Assembly: GCF_009914755.1 (NCBI RefSeq)
Contig: NC_060934.1
Strand: one strand, 5' to 3'
From: the human T2T-CHM13v2.0 reference genome, Homo sapiens
DNA: 64,000 bases
In this document: positions 48,562 to 64,000 of the stretch, piece by piece
Layout of the letters: each line of letters starts with the position of its first letter
Position numbering within the stretch: position 1 is the first letter of the stretch
Notes under the pieces: model-generated
The model's database searches: none
What the model was told of the DNA's origin: nothing
What the model saw: only the letters and a program-made list of their open reading frames with translations
Program-made: the position numbers and the translations under genes

Positions 48562-49118
48562 TTATTTTAGCCTTAAGTACCAGTTATTTGCCAAATTCTC
48601 TCCCTGCAGTTCAGAATAACATTAGTAACTTGCTGCTGCTTTTGCTTTTTCCCATGGTTTATCCACATGCATAGTCTCTGCATGGCTATGGTGAGGAAGA
48701 GCTCTGCACTGGGCAAGGAAGTTGGCCGTCGAGTGAAGGAAATGGTGATGCTGGTGGCCCCTTTCCGGCAGTCAAGTTCCCTATCAAGGACATTCAGTTC
48801 TCGGAAAGTGGTGAAGGCACACGCTTCCCTGCATGGTGCCCGCCTCTCTCCACTCTCTAGAAATATTAGAGGCTAGGCTGCTGCTGTATGTCAGGGCTAG
48901 TCCCTCTTCTATGAATCCAGAATAACTCTGAAGAAGCCGAGTAACAGGCATGAAGTGAAGAGAAATCGCTGTAACAGGAAGACAGCAAAGCAGATGCTAA
49001 TGACCACACTATTTAACGAACTGGAACCAACGAGAAAATACGGTATTACTGAAGACTGCACTTCCTTGAACAGAGTGCTCTTCTCAGCAAATCGGAAATG
49101 CCTACACAAATCGCTTTA

Positions 49119-49349
<231 letters not shown>

Positions 49350-50004
49350 TCATATATTTTTCTGAATGTCATATAAACACAGGTTAATAATGATGCTGCT
49401 TCCCCATCTGCAGTTGTACCACTCTGCATCCCCACAGGGACCCCAAGAACGCTGCCAGCCGGCTGCTCAGCACTATCTGGGTCATCATTTCTCCTACAGG
49501 TTTCACAGCTGGCCTTTTATCACAGTCATGCTCCTGAAGGCCAAGCTCAACGTTCCGCTCTAAATTCTTGACCTCTGAGATCCTCTGCAGCACTTGATAC
49601 TCAATCCTTTTTCCAGTGTACTTTTCTTCTCTGGTTTTTGGCCCCAACCTAACTTTTCATCCTGCTTTTCTACACCAGCTTCTGTAATCTCTAGAATGTG
49701 CTCCCATTGCCATCCTGAATTGTTTTTCCCACTGCCTGTCTCTGCATAGTTGCTCAAGATTGCCACAGGCCAATCTTGGTTGAAATCCATTTTTTCAAGG
49801 CACAACTCCTGCCAGACATTCAATAACCTTTCTACCAATGTCACAGTAAGACTTAATCCAGTTTTTCTCAACCCAAGCTCCTGGGTTATCAGAAAAATTA
49901 TTTGTATGAGTTTTGTCAATTTCCCCCAGGACAGTACTTAGCTGATATCATTCTAGATAAACAGGAGAAGACTTAATTCGTTATATTCAATAGATGCTTT
50001 AAGG

Positions 50005-50288
50005 CAGTGCTTGGCAAGTTTTTTCTGTGAAGGGCCAGAGAGTATGAACTCTGCCTCTGTAACACTAAAATAGTCACAGGCAATAGGTGAACTGGGCAGT
50101 ATGTAAACTGAGTGTGGGTGCATGCCAATATTTATGGACACTGAATTACATTTAATTTTCATGTGTCACAAAATATTTTGATTCTTCTCCATCCGTTTAA
50201 ATATGAGAAAAACACTCAGCTCACAGGACGTAACAACAGGCAGCAGGCCAGATTTGGCCTATAGGCCATAGTTGGCCCATTCCTACCT
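50005..50288. mobile_element. MER58-type DNA transposon
   Basis: ttggcaag.tttttctgtgaagggccaga...gcaggccagatttggcc.ataggccatagtt. Confidence 0.8.
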
Positions 50289-50613
50289 TAGTGCATCAAA
50301 CATTAATTTTCTGAACCCCCATTTATCCCTCCCATGTGATTACAACGTAAAGCACTTATTAGGGTACTTTCAGTATTCTGACTCACACTTTTACATATCT
50401 ATATCCAGCAGCGTCTAAGCTTTCTAATCTTTGTATCCTTCAGGGCACCTTTACATAGTCTGACCTTGAAGTTTTTTATTCCCTTTTTTCTTCTCCTTTA
50501 TTTCTGAATGAATTATAATTTTTGTTTTCTGATTTTTCTACCCAATATATTTTGAAGATCCCATGTGCTCTACTTTCTATGTGACTCTATTTCAAATACA
50601 TAGATTTTACTGA

Positions 50614-50967
<354 letters not shown>

Positions 50968-51012
50968 TAAACAGCTACTTAATACAAAGTTCTAGACCCA
51001 CATAGGGTCTGG

Positions 51013-51039
<27 letters not shown>
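51013..51039. repeat. (TG)n microsatellite
   Basis: Seen directly. Confidence 0.95.
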
Positions 51040-51046
<7 letters not shown>

Positions 51047-51214
51047 GTGTCAGGAGTCAGTGATGATGGAGATATTGATATCTAATACAAAAAATCTGAA
51101 ATAAGGTTAATGATTAAAACAAATCAAGAGGGAAAATAATGTGAAAAGGAAGTCAACTTCAGAGTTAGCCTCAATTTTAGAAAGATTTCCAACTTCTATA
51201 GGCTAGTTTTATAT

Positions 51215-52568
51215 ACAGTCATCCTTTGGTATATATGGGAGTTAGTTCCAGGACCTCCCACAGCTACCAAAATTTGAGGATGCTGAAGTTTCAGATATAA
51301 AATGGCATAATATTTGCAGATCACCTGTGTATATCCACTGTATACATACATGTGTCACATGATGGTGTTTCGGTACACTACAGACTGCATATACTACAGT
51401 GGTTCCATAAAATTATAACAGAACTGACATATTCCTATTGCTAATGATGTTGTAGCCATTGTAACATCGGAGCACAACACATCACCTTTTCTATGTTTAG
51501 ATACACAAATACTTGCTGTTGTGTTACAACTGCCCACATTATTCAGCACAGTCACACACTGTCCAAATTTAGGCCTGAAGCAACAGGAAAAACAGCCTAA
51601 GAGCAACTGGCTACACCACACAGCCCAGCTGCTCCACTGTCTGTCTACACCACACAGCCCAGCTGCTCCACTGTCTACACCACACAGCCCAGCTGCTCCA
51701 CTGTCTACACCACACCGCCCAGCTGCTCCACTGTCTACACCACACAGCCCAGCTGCCCACTGTCTACACCACACAGCCCAGCTGCTCCACTGTCTACACC
51801 ACACAGCCCAGCTGCTCCACTGTCTACACCACACAGCCCAGCTGCTCCACTGTCTACACCACACAGCCCAGCTGCTCCACTGTCTACACCACACAGCCCA
51901 GCTGCTCCACTGTCTACACCACACAGCCCAGCTGCTCCACTGTCTACACCACACAGCCCAGCTGCTCCACTGTCTACACCACACAGCCCAGCTGCTCCAC
52001 TGTCTACACCACACAGCCCAGCTGCTCCACTGTCTACACCACACAGCCCAGCTGCTCCACTGTCTACACCACACAGCCCAGCTGCTCCACTGTCTACACC
52101 ACACAGCCCAGCTGCTCCACTGTCTACACCACACAGCCCAGCTGCTCCACTGTCTACACCACACAGCCCAGCTGCTCCACTGTCTACACCACACAGCCCA
52201 GCTGCTCCACTGTCTACACCACACAGCCCAGCTGCTCCACCGTCTGTCTACACCACACAGCCCAGCTGCTCCACTGTCTAGGTCTGCGTCAGCGCACTCT
52301 GCTTCCACAATGATGAAAGTACCTAACAATGAACTTCTCCAAAGTATCCCTGTTAAGTGATGCGGGCCGAACGTTAAATTATCATCTGTAGATGATCTCT
52401 TATAGTATCTAAAACATGTAAATCCTACATAAATAGTTGTGCTGTATTGTTTACAGAATAAGTCTGTATATGTTCAGTACAGATGAAATTTTTTTCCAAA
52501 TATTTTATAATGTGCAGTTGGTTAAATCCATGGATATGGACCCCAAGGATACAGTAGGCCAACTGTAT
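51215..52568. mobile_element. MER2 (Tigger family) containing a nested Tigger3-like element (~51345-52365), which contains the 30-bp VNTR
   Basis: ta-cagtcatcc...ttccaggacc start and ...ggccaactg-ta end; the inner element ends with aagtatccctgttaagtgatgc. Confidence 0.75.
51611..52280. repeat. 30-bp VNTR (~22 copies) in IDI1 intron 1
   Basis: Unit ctacaccacacagcccagctgctccactgt, near-perfect core. Confidence 0.97.
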
Positions 52569-52629
52569 ATTAGGTGATCACTAAGATAGGTTTCGTTACT
52601 ACATAATTACTAGACTTTTTGACATGACT

Positions 52630-52768
52630 TTTTTTCCGGGGGGATGGGGCTGGGTCTTGCTGTGTCTGTCGCCCAAGCTGGAGTGCAGTGGCGCGATCTC
52701 GGCTCACTGCAGCCTTCGACTCCGCCTCCCAAAGTGCTGGGATTAAAGGCGTGCACCACCGCCCAGCT
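52630..52768 (-). mobile_element. Alu monomer or internally deleted Alu
   Basis: Partial Alu consensus. Confidence 0.8.
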
Positions 52769-52999
52769 GTAATGACAATTGCTCTTTCAGGATTTTCAGA
52801 ATTCAGATTTTAAAGCTAAGCTGCATAATCACAAGATAAAATGAATACGTCTATTTATGCGTTTAAAGAATACCATGTAGTAGACGCGGGAACACATCAT
52901 CCAACCCAAGAAAAAGGTCTAGTTCCATCTATGCGATGCTCCCCATCTCTTCTCCTGCTCCATTCCCAGGAGAAGCGCCTTGAGTGTGTTGCTGTCACC

Positions 53000-54567
<1,568 letters not shown>

Positions 54568-55189
54568 CTCTAAACTTTTAAATAATCGTGAAATGTATGC
54601 GCAGCTGAAGCGAATTCAGCTATTTCCTCTACCTTTTGTGTGGAATTTAAAATACTGAACTTGTGAGATGAACCTGGTGGGCACCAGTTCTCAAACTTCT
54701 TGGTCACAGGACGCTTGCACTCTCTTAAAATGTACTGAGGACACCTAAAAGCTTTTGCTCACTGTTGTTTACTACTGCTATTTACTAACATAGAAATTAA
54801 ACATATTAAAATATTCACTTAAAAAACACACGACACTAACATAAGTTATATTTTTATTAAAAATCTTTTCCAGACAAAAAACAGACTTTGATTTTGTTTT
54901 ATGTGTTGACAGATCTCTTTCATGTCTGGCTTCACACAGATAAGAAAATCTGGCCTCCCGCATGCGCAGCAAGTCCTCACTGCTGTCAGTGCGTTCTTGG
55001 GAATCAGGACTTTTAAGTGAAACAACGTATAGCAAAACCAATTTTACCAGAGGCTAAAAAATAAGGATTAAGTTCCTAAAGCATACTTCTGGCCAAGGAA
55101 AAAAAAAATCACTAAGCTTCTAAAGGCCAAAGTATTCTAATATTAAACATTGAAATAAATGTGAGCTATACATACATTTAAGAAAGATG

Positions 55190-55500
55190 AATAAAAAGAT
55201 AATTATTACTTAATTATTCCAGTTCTGGGTCATGTGTAGCTGAAGCCTGTTTCAGTAGCTCAGGGCACAAAGAGGGAACCAGCCCTGGACAGGACGCCAT
55301 TCCATCACAGGGCCACTCACACACCCACACTCAGACTGGGACAGTGAAGACACACCAGTTCACCTCACGTGCACACCTCTGGGATGTGGCAAGAACTGCA
55401 GCACCCAGAGAAAACCTATGCAGGTGTGGCGAGAACACGTAAACACCACAAAGACAGTGCCCCTGGCTGGGAGTCTTTTTCTCATCAATGTTACAAAGAA
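55190..55500. mobile_element. MER6-like DNA transposon
   Basis: ggaaccagccctggacaggacgccattccatcacaggg...ctgggatgtgg...cccagagaaaacc. Confidence 0.7.
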
Positions 55501-56497
55501 ATGAATGAGCACCTGCTGTATGCAGTTTGAAAATTGAGAAGTATTTTTTAATAGCCTTTTCAAATTATCTTGGTTATTCTTTTTCGATACTACTACCCCA
55601 AAACACGAGTGGTGGATTTTCCAATTACTATTTGGAATTTGAAACCACTTCAATGGACATTTTGTACTTGTTACATTAAAACTCATTATTTTTGACTGTA
55701 CCTCGAATGCCTATTTTCCTGTGCGTGATGTTGAAATGTCATGCATTGGTCATTTGGAAAATACTGATTTACTGAATTAAACAGATCTTCCAAATGCTAA
55801 AACATTTCATTATTCAATATCAATCACATTGTTAATATCACTAGTAATCTCATCAGAAAAGTTTTTAAGTATTGGGAAGCTAAAGTATTGTAGCACTGGC
55901 TTCCACATAAAGTCACCAAGTTCTTGATGGTTTTAAGTTTGTTTTTTATTTGAATTTTTGCATGAAAATTCCAACATTATTGGCAACAAGTACTGAGAAT
56001 TATGTTCCTTGAAGTGGCACGAACATATTTATTTTCACGAAAATGTCTGCCAAATATCTAGGTTTGAATACCTCAGTTTATCTGTCAGTTCTTTCCAGTA
56101 AAAGCGGTATTTCATGAAAAAAGCAGCTAGTTAGTTCAGCTTACAACTCAAACGTTCCCACAAGTTCTTTTCCTGGAGACAACAATCATAATTCAGCATG
56201 TAGCAGAAGTGCTTTATGTGCATTTCCCATTTTGTTATAGAGAATATTAGATGAGTACTGAATGGTCGAGATGATTAAAGTTAATATTTTTTACTGCTAA
56301 CCATCAGCTGAGCCTTCAATGAGTCATAATCTTTTTGCTGGTGGAGGGTTTTGCCTCAATGTTGATGGCTGTTGATCAAGGTGGTGCTTGAAAGTTGGGG
56401 TGGCTGTTGCAGTTTCTTAAAATAAGACAATAATGAAATTTGTCACGTTGATTGACAATTCTTTTCATGAAAGATTTTTTTTAAACCACAGGAAAAC

Positions 56498-56785
56498 TTT
56501 TTTTTGAGACAGAGTCTCGTTCTTTCGCCCAGGCTGAAGTGCAGTGGTGCGATCTTGGCTCACTGTAACCTCCACCTCCTGGGTTCAAGCAATTCTCCTA
56601 CCTCAGCCTCATGAGTAGCTGGCACTATGGGCGTGTGCCACCATGCCCGGCTAATTTTTGTATTATTAGTAGAGCTTGGGTTTCACCATGTTGGCCAGGC
56701 TGGTCTTGAACTCCTGACCTTGTGATCTGCCCACCTTGGCCTCTCAAAATGCTGGGATTATAGGCATGAGCCACCGCACCCGGCC
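56498..56785 (-). mobile_element. Alu inside Tigger1
   Basis: TSD aggaaaactt. Confidence 0.92.
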
Positions 56786-57627
56786 AGGAAAACTTCCAAA
56801 GTTAGAGTCAATCCTCTCAAACCCTGCTGCTACTTCATAAACTAAGTCTATGGAGTATTCTGAATCCTTTGTTATCATTTCAACAGTGTTCACATCTTCA
56901 CCAGGATTAGGTTCCATCTCAAGAGACCACTTTCTTTGTTCATCCACAAGAAGCAACTGCTTATCCATTCATGTTTTATTATGCTAGTGCAGTGATTCAG
57001 TTACATCTTCGGGCAGCCATAGCCTTACAAAATGTATTTCTTAAATAATGAGACTTGAAAGTCAAAATGACTTCTTGAGCTATGGGCTGCAAAAGGGATG
57101 TTGTGTTAGCAGGCATGAAATCAACATGAATCTCCTTGTATATCTCCATCAGAGCTCTTGGGTGAACAGGAGCACTGTAAATCAGCAGTAATATTTTGAA
57201 ACGAAATCTTTTTTTTTTCCTGAGCAGTAGGTCTCAACAACAGTGGGCTGACAATATTTAGTAAACCACACTGTGTAAGTAGATGTGCTGTCATCTAGGC
57301 TTTGTTGTTCTATCTACACAGCAGAGGCAGACTAGAATTAGCATAACGCTTAAGGACTCTAGGATTTTCAGAATGATAAATGAGCACTGGCTTCAACATA
57401 AAGTCATCAGCTGCACTAGCCCCCTAGCAAGGGTCAGCCTGTCCTTTGGAGCTCTGAAGCCAGGCTTTGACTTCTCCTCTCTAGTTATGACAGTCCTGGG
57501 CGGCATCTTTTCCCAAAATAAGGTTGTTTCAACTCCAATGAAAACCTATTGTTTAGCAAAGCCGTCTTCATCAGTGATCTTAGGTAGATCTCCTAGATGA
57601 CTTGCTGCTTTATCTTGCACTTGCACA

Positions 57628-58043
<416 letters not shown>

Positions 58044-58339
58044 TAGGGCCTTACTCTGGATTAGGCTTTATCAGAATATTGTGGCTGGTTTAATCTATAC
58101 AGACCACTCAGAGTTTCTCCATATCAGCAATAAAGCTGTTTTATTTTCTTACCATTTGTGTATTCACTGTAGGAGCACTTCAAATTTCCTTCAAGAACTT
58201 TTCCTTTGCATTCACGACTTAGCTGTTTCAACATGCCTTCCTCACCATGCTTAATCATTAATCATTTCTAGTTTTGATTTAAAGTAAGAGATGTGCAACT
58301 CATTCTTTTATGAAACAGTAGCCATTTTAGGGCTATTAA

Positions 58340-58552
<213 letters not shown>

Positions 58553-59319
58553 TGAGCAGAAGGAGAGAGATAGGGAGGCAGCTGGTCAGTGCAGTGGTCA
58601 GAACACATAAAACATTTATCGACTCAGTTTGCTGTCTTATATAGGGGTGGTTCATGGTGCCCCCCAAGCAATTATGACAGTAATATCAAAGATCACTAAT
58701 CACAGATCACTATAACTGATTTAATAACGGAAACATTCCAAGAATTACCAAAATGTGAGAGAGACATGAAGTGAGCACATACTGTTAGAAAGATGGTGCT
58801 GACAGACTTGCTCCATGCAGGGCTGCCACAAACCTCCACTTTGTAAGAAACATATGATACCTGTGAAGTGCAATAAAGTGATACACATGAAAACAGTTGT
58901 GCCTGTTACATGACATATATACACACATATATATAACTTGAGAATTTAGGAAGCGACATGTCAAACAGCTTATAACACTATAGTGTACTATCCAAGTGTT
59001 TGAGACACAGTTAAAATAATCAGTAATGAGGACAATGACAGAATACCTAGTAAATCTTAATTCCCTATCAAACCATGCGCAAAAATGAGTCTTAGTAAAT
59101 TCAGCATTGTTGCCCTATGTCAGGGACAAAGTACATGTATTTTGCATAGATGGACATGTGACAAAATAGAAATTGGTTTTCTGAGACAGGATTCTCCACA
59201 GCTTCTGCAGGAGGGAGAATGTAACTGGATACCAGGATTGCAATCATAACCTTTTATAATTTCGGCTAGTTTTGTGTCTTTTAAAAAAATTACATTGGAT
59301 AGTTATTTCAGGATACAGT

Positions 59320-59742
59320 GTGTTATGGGTTAAATTGTGTCCCCCTTTCAAATTCATGTGTTAAAGACCTCACTTCCAGTATTTTATAATGTGACCTTAT
59401 TTGGAAACAGGGTTGTTGTGGATATGATTAGTTAACATGAGGTCATATTAAAGTAGCGTCTACTGTACTCCAATATGACTGATGTCCTCATAAAAAGAAC
59501 GCTAAGTGTGCAGACAGACACGGACATGGAAAACGTCATGTGAAGACTGGCGGGGGCATGCTGCCACAAGCCAAGGAATGCCTAGACGCTGAGATGCATT
59601 AACAGGCTCCCATCACAGCTCTCAGAAGGAATCAACCCTGCCAATACCTTGATTTGGGACTTCCAGTCAGACCTCTGACAATAAATTTGTTTAAGCTGCC
59701 TAGTTTGCAGTATTTTGTTCCTGCAGCCCTAGCACATCAACA
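59320..59742 (+). mobile_element. MLT1 (MaLR) solo LTR
   Basis: tgttatgggttaaattgtgtcccc...gtgaccttatttggaaacagg...aagccaaggaatgcc...gcagccctagc. Confidence 0.85.
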
Positions 59743-60365
59743 GTGAAAAGAATATGGATTCTGATGCCAGCCTTTAGTCTTTGCCCTGCTGCACGATTAT
59801 TTTTGACTTTTGACGAGTAATTTCCACATTCTCATGCTTAAAATTCAATTTAGAATAACTTTTACTTTATTGGATTCCTTTGGGGATTAAATTAGTTACA
59901 AAAGATGTAAAGCGACTGATCCTCAAAATGATTTCTTTCCCTTGTTTTGTGACATGTCATGCTCTCAGTTATTTTCAGTGACTTTTATGGAATCCTAAAT
60001 ATATCAACTTAAAAAATTACATTAGCGATATTCTTGGTGTTACCTGACTGTGGTGCGGTCCAGCAAAATAAAACCACCTGTTAGAATGCGGGTTAATTAG
60101 ATGGGACACTGCGATTTACAAAGCTTTCTATTTGCTGCCATGCCCAGTACAATGTCTTTGCATACTAGGTACTAAATAAAATTATGTTACTTAAATGTCA
60201 CAACCTCTACAAGTTTAAAAAATGACTTCTCTAAAAACTCAAATATTTTTTTCCTTGGCGTTCCTCTTACAGAATTGTTTTTAGTGATAAAGTTTTATTA
60301 ATATACTTAATGCAGAAATAACTTCACTTCTTTTTTTTTTTTGGTAATCTGGATCCCCTAAATAG

Positions 60366-60721
<356 letters not shown>

Positions 60722-60799
60722 TTGAGCTTCCTTTTTAAAGGAAGGAGCAGGAATGTTAACCTACACAGAAAAAAAAAATGCTTTCACGCTCTTGATTTA

Positions 60800-62170
60800 C
60801 TCTAGGTGGGCTTCAAATGCGCGGTTAGCGCTTTCTGTAGAGCGTTGAGACGGCTGTTTACGTAAAGACCATCATGCGACGTTTCCAACCTAGATTCTAA
60901 GAAAAAAGCGGCCCAAGTCCCACCTTTCGCAGGGAACAGCTGATTCTGTTTTTCCTTCCCAGCCAATGGTGATCAAAAGCTTCAGGACGCTGGTGAGTCA
61001 CTGCGGAGGAGCCGAACACTGACCGCGCCGTCCCCGCCAGGCTCCCGCGCGGCCGGCACCGCGGCCCTGAGCGCAGGCGGCCCCGGGTCTCAGGCCTCAG
61101 GCGGACCGCGCCCCGGGCTCGCAGCCCTCCCGCCCCGGCTGCCGGGCTACGGGGCAGATGGACTCGGAGCGCCCCGCCGGTGAGTAGCTACGACCCCCGA
61201 GGCCACCTCCCGCGAACCGCTCGGCGGCAGGAGTAGGTGACCAAGGGTGGGGGCGTTGGCCCAGCAGCCGAAGGGGTCTTCAGCGCGACCAGACCCCTCG
61301 GGGCTGCGGGGCGGAAGCCGGGGCGTGACTTCCGGCGCCGCCGGGTGTGGGGCGGAGGTGTGGGGCGGCTTCCGGAGAACCCAGCGGCGCGGGACTGGGG
61401 CGGGACTTCCGGCGACACCGGAAGTGCATTAGCGCCAGGTTGGGGTTGTGGGGTCGCGTCAGTGCGGAGACAGCGGTGTCCTGCGCGTCTTCGGGTCAGT
61501 ACGGGGGGCCGCGTCGTAGGGACTCACTGGCGGTGCGCGACCTGGGCTGGCTCCGGGGGTGGCGGGCGCAGCTGCTGTGACAGGTGAGTGCCGCCATCTT
61601 CCTACCTGTCAGGCGCCGAGTCGTTCCCCGGATGCCCCGAAGAGGAGTCGGGACACTGCAGGGCTCAAGGGGGTGCAGGGGCAGTCGGGGCATAGTGGCG
61701 GATGGGGTGCAGGTGGGCTTGGAATGCAGAGGGTCCGTGGTGGTGCAGGAGGGGTCGGGTCCCAGGAGGACCCGTGGCGGTGCAGGAAGGGCCGTGGTGC
61801 AGAAGGGTTCAGGGTGCAAGAGAAGTCGGGGCGCAGGAGTAGTCCGTGGCGGTGCCAGAGGGACCAGGGTGCGGGAGGGATGGGGGCCCGGGGCGGTGCA
61901 GAAGATGTCGGAGTCCAGGAAGAGTCGGGGCGCTGGAGGGCCCGGGGCGGCGCTGGAGGGGTTGGGGGCAGAAGGGTTCGGCCCGGGGTCTCTCCCCGCC
62001 CCCTTTGCTTCGGCCTGGGCATCCCGGGGAAGTGCGTCTCCAGGGAAGCACTTGGGAGGCCCTTCAGAGAGGAGAATGGCCTTTCTTCTCTCCAAAGAGT
62101 GGGGATGGTCGGCTTCAAGAAGGGTGGTGAGTGTGGAGTGACGGATGCTGAAGTGATTAACACAGCGCCA
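60800..62170. promoter_or_regulatory. WDR37: CpG-island promoter with multiple ETS (CGGAAG) and Sp1 sites
   Basis: CpG-dense; CGGAAG/CTTCCG near 61312, 61329, 61368, 61406, 61418; several GGGGCGG boxes. Confidence 0.85.
61000..61583 (+). other. WDR37: Non-coding first exon of WDR37 (5' boundary uncertain)
   Basis: Perfect donor CAG|gtgagt at 61583/4 inside the CpG island. The name rests on known synteny (GTPBP4-IDI2-IDI1-WDR37); no coding sequence is in the window. Confidence 0.7.
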
Positions 62171-63728
62171 TGATATTGTTCCCCTTTTGAAGACTTCCTT
62201 TTCCTTCCCTTCCCCCTGAAAGCAGCCACCGCTGGAGGGAAACATTTTAAGACAGCTGTTCACCGGAATAACACAAGAGCAACAATAATAATGTACTCAT
62301 TTACTAAACCAAGTTGAATAAATACATTTTTCCAGGTTGTGAGTGAAAATAGCTTAAGGTCTGCCAGGTTTTTAGAGATTTTGTCATTTAACTTAAACGC
62401 TAAAACATTCGTCCCTTGAAGCGGATACCATTATAGAAAAGTGTTAATTGCTTGGAAGTTTCATTTATTGAAGTTCAAGTGTTTTTCTCTTAAATTCAGT
62501 ATGTTGGCCTGTGAGTTACGGTCATAAAAGTATTGCAGGAATTATTTACCTCTGAATGAGAAAGCTCAAGATAGTTATATCTCCAGGAACTTTCTTCGTC
62601 TTCTGAACTTCCCCCAACCCCAGCAGACACACACACTGTTCTGGTTACTTTCCTGATCAAATTCGAGTCTTTCAAAATAGCTTTTGATATGTCCCAGGAG
62701 TTAAACACGGTATGTAAATATGAACTCACCAATGTGGAACAAATGGAGTGATCTGTTATCCCCTGGGTTTAGACGCTGCCTTTCTATTAATACTGCTCAC
62801 AGGAGACAGAGTAGGGACTCGTGTGCACTGGCCACGTCTCAACAGCAGTGTGACCTTGGGCAAGGCCTTCCTAAGTCCCGACTCCCTGTCCTCTAACATG
62901 GTGTTCATATCAGCCTCATTTTCTTACTGGGAAGGTTACGTTATGTAATATATGCCAGCCATTTTTGCAAAGTGCTGTATACAGGAGATCTTGAGTGAGT
63001 GTGTTTCCCTCCTCCTCTTTTTGGGTAGCTATGTTAGGCTGTTCACTTTGGGCATTTGCCCTGAACTAAAATCCCTAAGTCCCTTTCCCCAAGGTGAAAC
63101 TAAGATAGAGTTTTCATATTTATCCTGTCTTATTCTTTTCAGGGAAAAGATTTTACATCTGTTGAATTTCATCCTTGGTTTAAAGTTGTTCTTTTAACTA
63201 CTGAGATCTTTTGAAAATCTTGATGGCTATTTATCTGATTAATGGTATTTCCTAATTGATTGTCATCCACAGAATTGATGGTGTATGTATTCCATGCCTT
63301 CATTTCGTCAATGACAAAACATTTTAAGCAGGTTAATACTGATGACAGATTTCTGAGGTTGCCTGTAGAGACCATTCTCTTCCTCGATATTGCTCAGAAG
63401 TTGAATTTGGTGTCTCAGCCCACTAGGAATTCGTCTAACAGTGTTATTACGATAAAATGTTACTACAAACTTGATTAAACTTCTGGTGGAAATTCCATCA
63501 CATTTTATGCAATTTTCAATTTATTTCTCCAATTTATTTTTAATGCCACATGGACATTATATTCCTTAACCATTCTTTTGCATGTGATTAACATTTGTGA
63601 AATTAACCACTTAAGCAAGTGTTTTTGCTTTGATGAAAGAAAAATGTTTAAAATCCTACTGGATATGAAACTGAAAGTAATGTTTTGTGTTTTTTGTTTC
63701 AAATGAAAGTGTACATTAAGAATTTGTT

Positions 63729-64000
63729 GGCAGGGCGTGGTGGCTCATGCCTGTAATCCCAGCACTTTGGGAAGCCGAGGTGGGCAGATCACCTGAGGTC
63801 AGCAGTCCAAGACCACCCTGGCCAACATGGTGAAGTCCCGTCTCTACTAAAAATACAAAAATCAGCTGGGCATGGTGGCGGGCACTTGTAGTCCCAGCTA
63901 CTCAGGAGGCTGAAGCAGGAGAATCACTTGAACTCAGGAGGCAGAAGTTGCGGTTAGCCGAGATCACGCCACTGCCCTCCAGCCTGGGGAGACAGAGCGA
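63729..64000 (+). mobile_element. Alu (S-like), runs off the window end
   Basis: Alu consensus. Confidence 0.92.

Noticed and set aside
51394-52360. 311-aa and 279-aa repetitive ORFs
   Set aside because: Products of the 30-bp VNTR inside a transposon
56744-56968. Transposase-like ORF
   Set aside because: Short remnant of a deleted, Alu-interrupted Tigger1; not a domesticated gene
61188-62263. Overlapping ORFs up to 255 aa
   Set aside because: GC-rich promoter and intron sequence, low complexity, no domain similarity
63430-63725. AT-rich stretch that reads like an mRNA 3' UTR (possible retrocopy)
   Set aside because: No parent gene, poly(A) tail or TSD identifiable by eye; a BLAT search would be needed

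Overview
Human (primate) genomic DNA, recognisable as the subtelomeric 10p15.3 locus. It holds the last 15 coding exons of the 60S-biogenesis GTPase GTPBP4/NOG1 (+, 1147-22394), then the tandem isopentenyl-diphosphate isomerase paralogues IDI2 (-, 227 aa) and IDI1 (-, 284/227 aa), then the CpG-island promoter and non-coding first exon of the next + strand gene (WDR37 by synteny). All coding exons were rebuilt by hand from splice sites, and the frames join correctly. A spliced + strand antisense unit (IDI2-AS1) appears to run from IDI2 exon 3 to IDI1 exon 2. The rest is about 39 Alus, old L1/L2/MIR, DNA transposons, LTRs, a U7 retrocopy and many minisatellites. No new gene system is evident. 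The best leads are regulatory or mutational: two VNTRs upstream of IDI2 built from MyoD-type E-box units, the antisense RNA bridging both paralogues, a probable templated-insertion scar, a ~100-bp duplication around an AluY, a VNTR abutting a GTPBP4 acceptor, and a GC-AG intron. Repeat family names and boundaries are from recall of consensus sequences and are approximate.
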